DNA of 64,000 bases from an uncultured bacterium (GTDB lineage Bacteria > Babelota > Babeliae > Babelales > Vermiphilaceae). The stretch spans positions 352,001-416,000 of the forward strand of contig CAVSFC010000002.1 in the NCBI GenBank assembly GCA_963727255.1. The letters run 5' to 3'. The first letter of the stretch is position 1; the number at the start of each line of letters is the position of its first letter. The notes under the pieces were generated by a model. That model worked only from the letters and a program-made list of their open reading frames with translations. It ran no database searches and had not been told where the DNA came from. Of this stretch, positions 21,409-32,198 are shown in pieces. A program made the position numbers and the translations under genes.

Positions 21409-22160
21409 GCTTTCCAAAATAATACGTAAGCTACGCAATGGTTGATTTGCTTTTTCTCGTACTGCTTCCATAGCTAAACTGCCCCAGCTTTTAAGTTGGG
21501 TTTCTTCTTGTTTATAATCGTCCATAACTTGCTGATCTAAATATAGTTTCAAGTAATTATGAGAAACTTGGGGAGTAACTTTAATATCCGGTTTCCCCAT
21601 TAACACCAATGTTTCTTTTACCCAATCATGTGCCGCTTCTACCATTTCTGGTGACCAAGTTTCTCGCTCATGAGTTCTTGGTTCGTGGCGACGTTGCTCA
21701 TCAGACCCTTGGCCTTCTGAGCGATATGGCTGGCGTTGCCCTTGTTGGCGGCGTTGATCTGGCCTGCCAGCTTGACGACCTTCATGAGAGCGTTCCGATC
21801 GCTGCTGATCTCTTTGTTGATCACGTTGAGGCTGCAAGGTCTACGCTGCGGATGTTGGCTGCGTTCTGGTTGCTCCTTTGAGGTCTCCTGGCGCAGGTTG
21901 GATTCTCTTTGCTCTCTGCGCTCTTGGGGTTGCCGTGGAGCTAAAGGACGCACCTGCTTTTGCGGTTGCTCCTTAGCTTTAACTGTCAACTCATTAAAAA
22001 TCAATGCAATTTTTGCTGATTTTGCAGTTTTGAGTCCAAAAAAACTAGTTTTTGGAAGTTCAAGAATTTTTACTGTGAATTCTTGCGGTTGACCGGCACG
22101 ATTCCAGGCATTTTCAATTGCTTTGGTAATCGTTGAAGCTTCTTCCATTATTGATTTCAT
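21388..22160 (-). CDS. jag: Jag/EloR (KhpB)-like protein: Jag N-terminal domain, Q/R-rich linker, degenerate KH region (one frameshift at ~21835)
   Basis: MKSIMEEASTITKAIENAW..FTVKILELPKTSFFGL; position immediately upstream of mnmE. Confidence 0.72.
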
Positions 22161-22315
22161 TCGTTAGAACCTTTTGGTTTTTTGGTTGTATGTTGATGCG
22201 GCTTATTTGTGGATGGTGTTTGGCCAATTTTGCACGTTTAAACGGGCTTTTTTATTTGACCTTATCATGTTTTTTCATGGTTGCCAATGGATTAGGGCTT
22301 GAATTAATTGAAGTG

Positions 22316-22372
22316 GTCCAGCCTTCGCTTATTCCGTCGTCGTTCCGTCTTCGCTTTCAGCTTCGCCGGACA
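22316..22372. repeat. Family II palindromic elements
   Basis: gtccagccttcgctt...tccgtcttcgctttcagcttcgccggac. Confidence 0.6.
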
Positions 22373-22460
22373 CCGCGCTTTAAGCTGAATCTATATTGAT
22401 CCCTCTTAGTTCACGCTGAAATATTTAAAAATGAATTTCATTTAAAAAACTGGCCGCGCC

Positions 22461-22543
22461 AGGCCCTTCGACTCGCAATGCTTGCTCAGGATAAACTCCG
22501 CTTGGGCGACCGAGTCAGCCATAGCCTTGGCGACGGGCAAGCC
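22461..22543. repeat. Family I plus family II palindromic cluster abutting the tRNA-Gly 3' end
   Basis: cccttcgactcgcaatgcttgctcaggata and gtcagccatagccttggcgacgggc. Confidence 0.7.
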
Positions 22544-22619
22544 TGGAGCGGGAAACGGGACTCGAACCCGCGACCTTTGCCTTGGCAAGGCAACGCTCTA
22601 CCAATTGAGCTATTCCCGC
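22544..22619 (-). tRNA. tRNA-Gly (GCC)
   Basis: Reverse complement GCGGGAATAGCTCAATTGGTAGAGCGTTGCCTTGCCAAGGCAAAGGTCGCGGGTTCGAGTCCCGTTTCCCGCTCCA; 76 nt, encoded CCA. Confidence 0.97.
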
Positions 22620-22769
22620 GTATATTTCATAACATGAAGCAAATGTATCATGAGATGGGCTTTTGTCAAGCAGATGGGCTTTATCTCAGGTGTGAAATCC
22701 TAGTTTTTTACTTCAATTTCTTGTAGGGTGATCAGGAAGAGTTAAAACCATAAAATAGTGAATAAAATT

Positions 22770-23366
22770 ATGATTAATAGTATTTCCGGTGTTGTTAAAG
22801 AAGTAAATGAAAATCAACTCACCATAGAAGTGAATGGAATCGGATATGGGCTTCAAGTGCCCCAATCATTATTTAGCGTTGGGCAAAAGGTAGATCTTTT
22901 AGTGCAGATGCACTGGAATCAAGAAAACGGGCCTTCGCTATTTGGTTTTGCCACTCTGCTCGAAAAAAATGTTTTTCTTATGATTACCAGCTGCTCAGGG
23001 CTTGGACCAAAACTGGCGATGGCGGTGCTCGCGCAATTGGGAGCGGCAGAATTTTTAGAAGCAGTGCAAGCCGGCAATGAGGATGCGCTCAGCGATGTGA
23101 GCGGCATTGGCGCAAAAAAGGCGGAGCAAATTATTGTGCAACTCAAGCATAAGGTGGCAAAACTTTTAGAGAGCGGCATTCATATTGGCGCATCTGCAAC
23201 ATTGGAAAAGCGGCATGAGATTTCGCAAGTGCTCAAATCGCTCAATTATTCACGCCAAGAAATAAATGCGGCAATGAATTATCTGAATGATAATTATCCC
23301 GGAACCCAAGTCGCCTTTGATCAGCTGGTGCGCCATGCATTGGCATTTTTAGCTAAGCGAGCTTAG
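22770..23366 (+). CDS. ruvA: Holliday junction branch migration protein RuvA
   Basis: IEVNGIGY, LFGF, SGLGPKLA, VSGIGAKKAEQIIVQLK. Confidence 0.95.
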   Translation: MINSISGVVKEVNENQLTIEVNGIGYGLQVPQSLFSVGQKVDLLVQMHWNQENGPSLFGFATLLEKNVFLMITSCSGLGPKLAMAVLAQLGAAEFLEAVQAGNEDALSDVSGIGAKKAEQIIVQLKHKVAKLLESGIHIGASATLEKRHEISQVLKSLNYSRQEINAAMNYLNDNYPGTQVAFDQLVRHALAFLAKRA

Positions 23367-23875
23367 TGGGCTTGTTCAATCTGGTTTTTTAGCCGATTTA
23401 CTAATTGAGTGGACATGCCCTTCAACTCTGCGCGTTGTGAGCGCAAGGAGCTGATTTCTGTTTCTAGTTCTTGAATTCTTTTCTTTTTCTCATGATCATC
23501 AAGTGTTTCAAGTTTCTCGAGACCCGCCTTTTCATTTTGTAATGCGTTTATATTTTCATTAAGATATGGGTAAATTTTTTCTTGGTACATTGCTTGAAAA
23601 CTTTGAACCCTGCCGAGCGCAATAACAAAATTTTCTTGCTCTTCATGGCGCTTTTCTGAATCAGTCTTTGGTCTAGTGTCCTGCAATACAGGCTTTAGAT
23701 AATTTAAAACTACGTTGCTGGCTATCATGGTACCAGCACTGACATAAATTTGTAACGCGACTGGGGAGGTTAGCCAGTCTTTAATTGCTGTCAATTCGGA
23801 TTCGGTAAGTGCCTGACTTTGAAAATTGAGCGAAAAAGCTGGAATCATAAAATAAAACATAATAATTTTTTTCAT
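23363..23875 (-). CDS. Hypothetical exported/membrane coiled-coil protein
   Basis: 170 aa; signal peptide, hydrophobic segment, coiled-coil C-terminus. Confidence 0.65.
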   Translation of the reverse strand: MKKIIMFYFMIPAFSLNFQSQALTESELTAIKDWLTSPVALQIYVSAGTMIASNVVLNYLKPVLQDTRPKTDSEKRHEEQENFVIALGRVQSFQAMYQEKIYPYLNENINALQNEKAGLEKLETLDDHEKKKRIQELETEISSLRSQRAELKGMSTQLVNRLKNQIEQAH

Positions 23876-24753
23876 AGGACCTCATATGATGATTTTAATA
23901 GTGCAATGAAATGTGTAAGCTCTTGGTTAATTCCGGATCTTTTCTTTTTTAGTTCTTCAGGATTTTGTTTTTCAAGGGTTTGTTCATATTGAAGATCGTC
24001 ATGCTTTTCTATAAATCGCTTGAACGCTTGTTCTATAGGAGCATGTTGTTCAAGGATTTTGTTGATTCTTGGTTCCTTCATTTCTTGATCGCTTTGATCC
24101 TCAATGCCACAAAGAATTAGAAAACATTCACCTGAATGTTTTCCGATTTCATCCGCAATGTTTTTTGTAACTTTTGAAAATATACTCATACCTACTAAAG
24201 TCATTTTTTCTGAAAAGCTGGAAGAGTCTTTAAAGGGAGTTGGTGTGCGTTTTGCTAAATCGTGAAGTTGCAGGATTCGTTTCTTGAACAAGGCTTTATT
24301 TAAAACTTCATCTATTGTTTGAGACTTTTGCATTTTAACAATCTTAAGTGGGGCAAGCGTTTCTTTCCCATCTTGATTGGATGCCTCTAATAAATTGATG
24401 ATAAATCGCACCTCATCTCGACCTTCCTCAAGTGTGATGCGTCTATGTTCAAATTCTAGCGACGTATTTGCATCCGCAAAAAGCTTTTTAAAGGCTTCAG
24501 TTTGAAGAAAATCCGCATTAATTGGGTTTTTATATAGGAAGACATTTCTGCATTGCTCTGCGTAGCTATCTCCTCCATAAATATCACGATCTATTGGGTT
24601 TGATGCAACTGAGTCGGGCGATTCAGTATTGGATTTTTCTTCCTTTGCGCGCATTAGAGTAGAGCCATAGTTGCTTTTTATAAGAAGATTGGGTTTCTCC
24701 ATCATATATGAAGTTTTAAATAAAAAAAATAGACTTAGAATGTAAAATCGCAT
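23872..24753 (-). CDS. Hypothetical exported protein
   Basis: 293 aa; signal peptide then MEK. Confidence 0.7.
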   Translation of the reverse strand: MRFYILSLFFLFKTSYMMEKPNLLIKSNYGSTLMRAKEEKSNTESPDSVASNPIDRDIYGGDSYAEQCRNVFLYKNPINADFLQTEAFKKLFADANTSLEFEHRRITLEEGRDEVRFIINLLEASNQDGKETLAPLKIVKMQKSQTIDEVLNKALFKKRILQLHDLAKRTPTPFKDSSSFSEKMTLVGMSIFSKVTKNIADEIGKHSGECFLILCGIEDQSDQEMKEPRINKILEQHAPIEQAFKRFIEKHDDLQYEQTLEKQNPEELKKKRSGINQELTHFIALLKSSYEVL

Positions 24754-24762
24754 ATTTTTCCT

Positions 24763-25215
24763 TTATAATTCTAATTTTTTCAACAATTGTACTTCTTTTT
24801 TATGCATGATTTTATAATCTTCATCTTTAATATGATCATAACCAAGCAAATGGCAAATGCCATGCACCAGCAGACGTTGCATATGTTTTTCAAATGTGGT
24901 ATTCCATTTGGGCAGATCATGCATCACATATTCTGGTGCGATAATAAGATCGCCCAAATTTTTATCCTCTTCAGATTTTACTTTAATGCGATTGCCCGCT
25001 TTTAATTGCGTGTGATAAGGAAATGAGAGAATATCGGTGGGTTTATCTTTATGCCGATATTCTTTATTATATGTTTGAATCGTTTTATTGCTGGTGAGCC
25101 AGATTCCCAGATCAAAATCGCTATAATCAAGCGCATCAAGAATTGTTTGCGCATCGCGCTTAAGGTGCGCGGTATCAATTTTAATTTTGCGTTGGGTATT
25201 ACGAATAGTGATCAT
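24763..25215 (-). CDS. ybeY: rRNA maturation endoribonuclease YbeY
   Basis: YNKEYRHKDKPTDILSF, HGICHLLGYDH; true start likely MITIRN at 25215. Confidence 0.95.
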   Translation of the reverse strand: MITIRNTQRKIKIDTAHLKRDAQTILDALDYSDFDLGIWLTSNKTIQTYNKEYRHKDKPTDILSFPYHTQLKAGNRIKVKSEEDKNLGDLIIAPEYVMHDLPKWNTTFEKHMQRLLVHGICHLLGYDHIKDEDYKIMHKKEVQLLKKLEL

Positions 25216-25217
25216 AT

Positions 25218-27830
25218 TTATCCTATATTCACCGTTGCACTCCATGTGTCGCCCGATTGTTCGATCATAGATTTTGTTTTCTCTGGCTTGAAATGCAATT
25301 TTTCTGCATGGGTGATGCCGCGAATTAATTGGGTATGGCTTCAACTTTATGCAACAAATGTTCATCAGTAGCTGTAATGGTGAGTGCAGTTAAGGGTACC
25401 TTTAATGAAAGTTGTTTTTCAGTTTTAAGTTTACGCACTTGAGTAATCAATTCAATGATCACTTCCATTATCTTTGCGCTTTCTTCAAAGATATAGCCTT
25501 GTTGGATATCTTTATAGCGTGTTTGATGGAGGCTTTCATGTTTTTTAGCATGATCGGAAGAGAATTGCTTTTGATAAATAATATCAAAGATTTTTCGGTA
25601 ATATGCGGCAAATATGGCGCATACATTTGCAAGATGCGCAATCCAACGTGATAGAGCGTCCAACGCGTTGCCTTGAGTTCAACTTCTGTATAATTTTCAG
25701 GCTTAAATAGTTGATCTTTGATGAGTTCTAAATAATTATCGCAGAAATTATGCCAGAAGAATTTTTCGACCACATCAAGTGCAAGGCCAAATTCATTTTC
25801 ATTAAAATATGATTATAACGTGTAAATGTTTCGGTTGCGGTATGCAGGAACCATTCATTGGTGATGCATAAAGGGGTCTTTGGCTGCTCTTGCGGGATAA
25901 CACTAATATGTTCATGAATAAATCTAAATGCGTTCCAAATTTTGGTTACTAATCGCTGGCCAATTTTTAATTGACCTTCAGAGAATGCAATATCATGCCC
26001 TAAGCCGCCTGATGCGGTCCAATATCTAATAACATCGGCCGGATAGCGCTCAAGCAATCCTTGCGGAGAAGTGGCAGCATTTTCTTTTGATTTGGATAAT
26101 TTTTCTTTACTATCAGCAAGCACATGGCCCGAAATTACAATATTGTGCCATGGTAAATCATGATTATGCATCCATGCTTTCACAATGGTATAAAATGCCC
26201 AGGTGCGAATGATATCATGCGCTTGCGGGCGCATGCTCATGGGAAAGAATGATTCTGCTTCGCTCGAATGGTTCATGGTTCGAGACGAATGCTGCGCATT
26301 CTCCTCACCATGAGCGGATGATTTGGCCTCGTTCTTATTTTCCGCTCGTCCTGAGGAGCACGAAGTGCGTCTCGAAGGATCAAAGACGGACGCGGCTTTG
26401 GGGTTAAATAATTGATAGCAAATATATGGGGTCAATGATGAGGTGTTCCAGGTATCCATAACATCAGTATCCGGAACAATTTCTGAGCTTCCGCACTTTG
26501 GGCATTTGCCAGTATAAGGAGTTTCTTGCGGGTCAACCGGAAGCTGATCAATTGTTGCCGGAATAATTTCATCGCAAGCTTTGCAATGCCAAACAGGAAA
26601 AGGAATGCCATAAAAGCGTTGGCGAGAGAGGCACCAATCCCAACCGATATTTTCAACCCAATTTACATAGCGAGATTTCATATGGCTGGATACCAATTAA
26701 TCCGATCGGCTAGTTCAATAAATGTTTTCTTATGATCTTTAAGATTCAAGAACCATTGTGGCAACATAAGAATTTCGATCTCTTTTTTGCATCGCTCATG
26801 GACATTTACCGTATGCATGATCGGCTTTTTATCAATGATATATCCGCCCGCTTGCAATGCCTCAACAATTTTTGCGCGCCCCTGAGCAACGGTGAGACCA
26901 TTAAGATCGATTTCAGGAGAATGGCGAGATCATGCGCCCATCGCGGCCGATTGCCTCAATATAAAGAGAGAAGAGTGGTTTGTATTTTTTATACCATTCA
27001 ACGTCGGTCTTATCACCAAAGGTGCAGCACATTACCAGCCCGGTTCCCTTTTCAGGATTTACTTTTTCATCGGCCAAGATAGGAACGGGCATATTGAAGA
27101 TTGGTGTGTACGCAAATTTTTTTTCTAAATGTTGATAGCGGCTATCATTTGGATTATAAAAAACTGCAATGCAAGCCCCTAAAAGCTCAGGGCGAGTGGT
27201 TGCAATGGCGATTTTTTTTGTTTCGGGGTCATCTACCTTAAACTCGATTGTATAAAAGACTGATGGCTTTTCCGCATCATCAAGCTCTGCTTGAGCGACT
27301 GAGGTTCGACAGGTGGTGCAATAGAGCGCCGGCTCATTTTTGCGATAAACAAACCCTTTTTCTAATAATCGTAAAAAGGATTCTTGTGAAATTTTTCGAG
27401 TGGAAGTAGAGATAGTGGAGTAGCAGTGAGCCCAATCAACTGAAAGCCCCATGCGTTGCCAGAGTCGCTGGAATTGCTCTTCGGCCGCATGCGTCTCTTT
27501 TAAACAAACATCGATGAATTCGGATCGGGACATTGCATGAGCGCGAATATCTAATTTTTTTTCAACATAGCGTTCGGTTGGCAATCCATTATCATCAAAC
27601 CCAAACGGATAAAAGACGCTATAGCCGCTCATGCGGGCATAGCGCGCAAGAATATCAGTTTGCGTATAGGAGAAGATATGGCCGATGTGCAAATTTCCCG
27701 AGATGGTGGGAGGTGGGGTATCGATGCTAAAAATTGGGCCGGGATTATTGGCCATACTATAGGTTTTTTCTCTGTGCCATTTATGCTGGGCTTCTTGCTC
27801 AGCGGTTTGATGATTATATTGTTTATCCAT
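25218..27830 (-). CDS. valS: Valyl-tRNA synthetase (type 2/archaeal-like), several frameshifts
   Basis: DTPPPTISGNLHIGH, GFDDNGLPTE, TTRPEL, WCLSRQRFYGIPFP, PQAHDIIRTW, KLSKS; C-terminus ..WSATVNIG stop at 25218. Confidence 0.93.
26276..26379. repeat. Inverted pair of family I palindromic elements, in frame inside valS
   Basis: tggttcgagacgaatgctgcgcattctcctcaccatgagcgga ... tccgctcgtcctgaggagcacgaagtgcgtctcgaagga. Confidence 0.85.
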
Positions 27831-27929
27831 CACTGATCCAAAATCATAGTTTGTAATCTTTTAGTTACTATAGTTATTATTGGGGGAATTGTTAAGAAAA
27901 GATGCCAAAAAGGCATAAGGATATAGTTA

Positions 27930-27998
27930 TCACGTGCAGCCACGCACTACTGAAGTGCGAATAGAGTGAGGCAGGAGAGTGTTTTTTTCTAAATTCAT
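27930..27998 (-). CDS. Putative valS leader peptide MNLEKNTLLPHSIRTSVVRGCT
   Basis: AGGA RBS, 22 codons with tandem GTA GTG Val codons inside a cgcact/agtgcg hairpin, then a hairpin plus U-rich tract before valS. Confidence 0.35.
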   Translation of the reverse strand: MNLEKNTLLPHSIRTSVVRGCT

Positions 27999-28141
27999 AA
28001 TTTTGTCCTATAATCCTATTTTTTAGAATAGCATAAAATAATAAAGCTATGCAAATATTTGCCCACTAGAAATTTGACCCTCTGCAGCATTTATTTTACA
28101 CTGATGATGGTTCGATATAGCGCCATAAGGCGGCACTCACC

Positions 28142-28846
28142 ATGAACGGAGATCCGGAGATTTTTATGCTCAATGTTCAAATTGCAGAGACTATTAGTGG
28201 TCTTATTGCATTGCTAATTGCCTATGCCTTTTCAGTAACGGTTGCCGGATGGTTTGCCGCGTGGACTGCTTTGCGAATGGGGGATGATACGCCTGAGCAA
28301 GAAGGCTTTCTTACGCTTAATCCAATGGCGCACATCGATTTTCTGGGCACTTTTTTTCTTTTGCTGTATAGATTTGGATGGGGAAAATTTATTCCCATGA
28401 ATCCATTTAATATGCATGGCCGATTCAGAGTCATAAAGATTCTAGTTGCTTTTTTATCCAAGACATTTGCTCATTGTGTTTTAGGAATTTTTGCATTGAT
28501 TTTACTTATTTTGATTTTTGGGGATAAAATTCTGAGTAATGTGGTGCCGCTTGCGGTAGCCTATCCTCTTGCTTCATCATACACCCTCTCGGTTGGCCTT
28601 ATTTTAATGTCGCTTCTTTTTATAAATGTGATTCTCGCGGTTATAACCTGTATTGCAAATATCTGTGGATTGGCCGTGATGATCTGGGTTGAAAAACATC
28701 CGGAGTATTTGGGATATACCAGTCTTATTATGCTCGTGATTCAAGTGTTGCTGTTTTATATATTTGGCGGCATTTTATTTATGTTGATCCTTTCCCTGAT
28801 TAAAAAGGCGTGTTATTTGATAGCATCATTGTTACACCTGTTTTAA
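28142..28846 (+). CDS. Site-2 protease (M50) family membrane protein lacking catalytic motifs
   Basis: ALRMGDDTPEQEGFLTLNPMAHIDFLG and FGWGKFIPMNP match the YwhC/M50 family; HExxH replaced by AGWFA. Confidence 0.75.
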   Translation: MNGDPEIFMLNVQIAETISGLIALLIAYAFSVTVAGWFAAWTALRMGDDTPEQEGFLTLNPMAHIDFLGTFFLLLYRFGWGKFIPMNPFNMHGRFRVIKILVAFLSKTFAHCVLGIFALILLILIFGDKILSNVVPLAVAYPLASSYTLSVGLILMSLLFINVILAVITCIANICGLAVMIWVEKHPEYLGYTSLIMLVIQVLLFYIFGGILFMLILSLIKKACYLIASLLHLF

Positions 28847-28860
28847 AAAAAAGGTTTTTT

Positions 28861-29496
28861 ATGAAAAAGTCACTATCCATACTCTTTTTACTCATGCATT
28901 CTTGCAGTTTTTCTATGGAAGTAGATCCAAGAACATTGGGTGAAACAGAGCTTGAAGATCGAATTATTGCATCAATGCTTGATTCCTATATGCAAGGAGA
29001 AATGATCCTCTATAAAAAACGAGCTGGGTTTTCTGATTATAATGATCCTAATTCGATATATTTTTTTCCGCTAGAAACTATTAGTTCTGCTATGAGTCAA
29101 ATTCATGAGATGATCCAAGCGGGAATTTCTGAAGATGAAGCTGCAATAGCAAAATTATCGCTCAATAAATTATATAATGATGCATTCAACTTTAGTGAAG
29201 AAGATGCTAAAAACGTCCAGCTTGTAAAATTTGTTAATTTTTTAAGAGGCGGGGATCTTCCAAATGGAATTGATATAGTTGAAAAAAATCTGATTATGGC
29301 TAATAGGGCCAACTATTTTTATGCGTGGGCAGAAAAACAAGTTGATGTAATAGAAAAAGCTAAACATAATTTGTTCCATGCGCCCGAAAAGCCATATGAA
29401 TTATTAAAAGAGCAAATTACAAAATCGCAACAAAATGAGATGCACAGAAGAATAAAACATGGTTTGGCAAAGTTCGCTCTATCAGAGCAGCCTTAG
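28861..29496 (+). CDS. Hypothetical exported protein
   Basis: Signal peptide SFS-MEV. Confidence 0.7.
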   Translation: MKKSLSILFLLMHSCSFSMEVDPRTLGETELEDRIIASMLDSYMQGEMILYKKRAGFSDYNDPNSIYFFPLETISSAMSQIHEMIQAGISEDEAAIAKLSLNKLYNDAFNFSEEDAKNVQLVKFVNFLRGGDLPNGIDIVEKNLIMANRANYFYAWAEKQVDVIEKAKHNLFHAPEKPYELLKEQITKSQQNEMHRRIKHGLAKFALSEQP

Positions 29497-29504
29497 GAGG
29501 CTTA

Positions 29505-30242
29505 ATGAAAAAACTGATAATAAGTTTTCTTTTATTTGCTCAAACGCTTTGTGCTATGGAGCACGTTGCTATTGAAGTAAAGCCTGAAGTGGATGAAAAA
29601 CTTGCGCAAGCGCACAGGCTCAAAGCGTTGGAAAGCAAAGATGCTGAGTATCATATGAAAAATTCTCTCATTGATGCATTAATGCGCCCGCAAGTTCTTA
29701 ACGCTACTCAGGATTTAGTGAAATTTAATCATTATAAATATACTGAAATAATATATAGCAAGCCGTGGGCTGAAGTTATCAAAATTCTTGTAGAAGCAAG
29801 AGGGCGAGATAACTGGGCGAGCGCTAAATCACGATTTAATGAAATGCTGAGTACGAAACTTAAAAAACAAGATCTTCGCTTCAGCGAAACTGAAAAATAT
29901 GTGCTTCAGCTTATTAGTTTTAATAATTTTTGTGATAACCAAGATTATTTGCAATCAAACGAAATCATCTCAATCGCGGATCGCGAGCAGTTTGCCCAAA
30001 ATCGAATAGCTTATATAAAAGCATTATATGATCAGAATTATAAGGCTGTTGAAGATTGCAAGAAGGGCGAAATCGGAGTTGCTAATCAGTTGCCGTTGCA
30101 TGAATCATTGAATTTACAAAAGTTTGTGCTGCTTTTAAAAACAGGCGAAGCGCTGGCGATTGCTGAATTAGATAAAAGAATGCAAGCTGATATGGATGAA
30201 TATAAAAGGTGGATTCCGGCATTGCCCTGTATCATACAATAG
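29505..30242 (+). CDS. Exported protein with C-terminal CaaX box (CIIQ)
   Basis: AGGAGG RBS; signal peptide LCA-MEH; ends ..PALPCIIQ. Confidence 0.72.
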   Translation: MKKLIISFLLFAQTLCAMEHVAIEVKPEVDEKLAQAHRLKALESKDAEYHMKNSLIDALMRPQVLNATQDLVKFNHYKYTEIIYSKPWAEVIKILVEARGRDNWASAKSRFNEMLSTKLKKQDLRFSETEKYVLQLISFNNFCDNQDYLQSNEIISIADREQFAQNRIAYIKALYDQNYKAVEDCKKGEIGVANQLPLHESLNLQKFVLLLKTGEALAIAELDKRMQADMDEYKRWIPALPCIIQ

Positions 30243-30256
30243 TTTAAGAAAAAAAT

Positions 30257-31441
30257 ATGGATATTAAAAAACAATTAGAAATCATAAAATCAAGTACCAG
30301 TTCGGTGATTCCCGAAGCTGATTTGATTAAAAAATTAGAGCGGGGAGTTCCCCTGCGCATAAAACTTGGCATGGATCCAACGGCGCCAGATCTGCATCTT
30401 GGGCATGCGGTGGTGCTTTCTAAGATGAAGCAATTGCAAGATCTTGGGCACGATGTAATTTTTCTCATTGGTGATTTTACGGCACGGATTGGTGATCCAA
30501 CGGGCAAATCAAAAACGCGCCCGCCGCTTACTGAGAAAGAGATTGAAAGCAATACCCGCACCTATTTTGAGCAAGTAACTAAAATTTTGGATCCAAAAAA
30601 ACTCACCGTTGTTTATAATTCTGAATGGCTGAATGCGGTGAGCATTAAAGATATGGTAAAACTCTGCGCAAAAGTTACTTTAGCGCGGCTCACTGAGAGG
30701 GAAGATTTTGCCAATCGCATTGAAAATAATCAGCCAATTAGCTTCCATGAGCTTTTATATCCTCTTTTTCAAGGATATGATTCGGTTGCTTTAAAAGCGG
30801 ATATTGAGCTTGGCGGTACCGATCAAACATTTAATTTGCTCATGGGCAGATATTTGCAAGAGCAGTATGGCCAAGAGCCGCAAGTAATTGTTACCACTCC
30901 ATTGCTCGAGGGGCTTGATGGCGGGCCAAAAATGTCAAAATCATTAGGTAATGCAATTGGATTAACCGAACCGGCTGATAAAGTTTTCGGTAAATTAATG
31001 TCAATCTCTGATGAGCTGATGTGGCATTATATGCATATTCTTTTGTATAAAACTGATGCTGAAATTGCACAGTATAAAAAACAGATTTCTGATGATGCAG
31101 CCCATCCTATGGATCTCAAGAAAAATATGGCGCATGCAATTGTTGCGCGTTTTTGGTCATCAAAAGAGGCAGATGCGGCTCAAGCGCAATTCGAAGCACT
31201 GTTCCAGAAAAAAGATTATTCCCAAGCAGTTGAAGTTTCCATCGAGCATAAAGAGATCTGGATTGTTGATCTATTAAAGGCTTTGAATGCAATTGGATCA
31301 TCATCAGAGGCCAAGCGTTTGATTGAGACTAAATCGGTCCATGTTGATGGTGCAGTGATTGATGATTTTAAAGCGATGATTCATCCGATTGCTGGCATGA
31401 TTATTAAGGTTGGCAAACATCGGATTTATAAGATAAAATGA
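30257..31441 (+). CDS. tyrS: Tyrosyl-tRNA synthetase
   Basis: [27 protein letters not shown]-terminal S4 domain. Confidence 0.97.
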   Translation: MDIKKQLEIIKSSTSSVIPEADLIKKLERGVPLRIKLGMDPTAPDLHLGHAVVLSKMKQLQDLGHDVIFLIGDFTARIGDPTGKSKTRPPLTEKEIESNTRTYFEQVTKILDPKKLTVVYNSEWLNAVSIKDMVKLCAKVTLARLTEREDFANRIENNQPISFHELLYPLFQGYDSVALKADIELGGTDQTFNLLMGRYLQEQYGQEPQVIVTTPLLEGLDGGPKMSKSLGNAIGLTEPADKVFGKLMSISDELMWHYMHILLYKTDAEIAQYKKQISDDAAHPMDLKKNMAHAIVARFWSSKEADAAQAQFEALFQKKDYSQAVEVSIEHKEIWIVDLLKALNAIGSSSEAKRLIETKSVHVDGAVIDDFKAMIHPIAGMIIKVGKHRIYKIK

Positions 31442-31593
31442 CCCGAAGGGGATCTAAGTTTTTTGTTAATAAAAAACCGCAATGAAATTGTTCGATGGGT
31501 TGGGAATTTTTATAAAGAAGATTTACTAGCCCTTTTATAGAAATTAATTATAGTGAGGGTGAAAATATTAACAATCATAAAAAGAGGCCATTT

Positions 31594-32125
31594 ATGAACA
31601 TGCTCAAAAAATACTGGCTTTTTACTTTTAACTATTCTCGTATCTCTTTCTGCAAAGGCAATGAATATTGTTGAAAAAGAAGAAAGAGAAGCCGATGCTG
31701 CTAAAGCAGAAAATGATGCACGAATCAGTACTTCACTATTAGATGCTTTTCTCAAAGCATCAAAAGATTCAATCCAATGTGCAGAACTAACTGATAAGAG
31801 TCCCGCACTTATCTTTAGCGATTATCGAGAACCAAGCAAAACGCATAGGCTTGATTTAGCAAGTGCCGCATTAATTCTTGCTCTTGCTCGGGACGAAATA
31901 AAAAAATATGATTTTGGGGCACCGAGTAGTATCAGTACGCTTAAAGAGTTGGCTTCCCAGCCTAATAAAAATGAAGGCGATTTCAACCTGCTTCAAATAG
32001 CTCGATTAGCCCGATTTTATCATGCTTTCGATTTAAATAAGGCAGCGGATTGCATCAAGAATAATAGAAGGCACTCGAAGCGATCCACTCTCATTCACAT
32101 TTTGCAAGATCTGCATAAAGATTGA
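31594..32125 (+). CDS. Hypothetical exported protein; the signal peptide is out of frame by one base in an A-run at ~31606
   Basis: Removing one A gives MLKNTGFLLLTILVSLSAKA-MNI continuing into ORF 31661-32125; mature N-terminus resembles 32199-33050 (RIxTSLL). Confidence 0.6.
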
Positions 32126-32198
32126 TCTTTTATTTTAAAAATTGTTAAGTAAATAAGACAAGCGCATATTCCATCATAAATTTTTTAAGGAGACGAGT

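Noticed and set aside
22133..22399. Expected rpmH/rnpA/yidC upstream of jag, or the 88-aa plus-strand ORF
   Set aside because: No L34, RnpA or YidC motifs on either strand; the ORF runs through a repeat
22478..22726. 82-aa ORF
   Set aside because: Antisense to tRNA-Gly and repeat sequence
22544..23366. Prophage or genomic island integrated at tRNA-Gly
   Set aside because: No integrase and no duplicated tRNA 3' end noticed; the flanks are housekeeping genes
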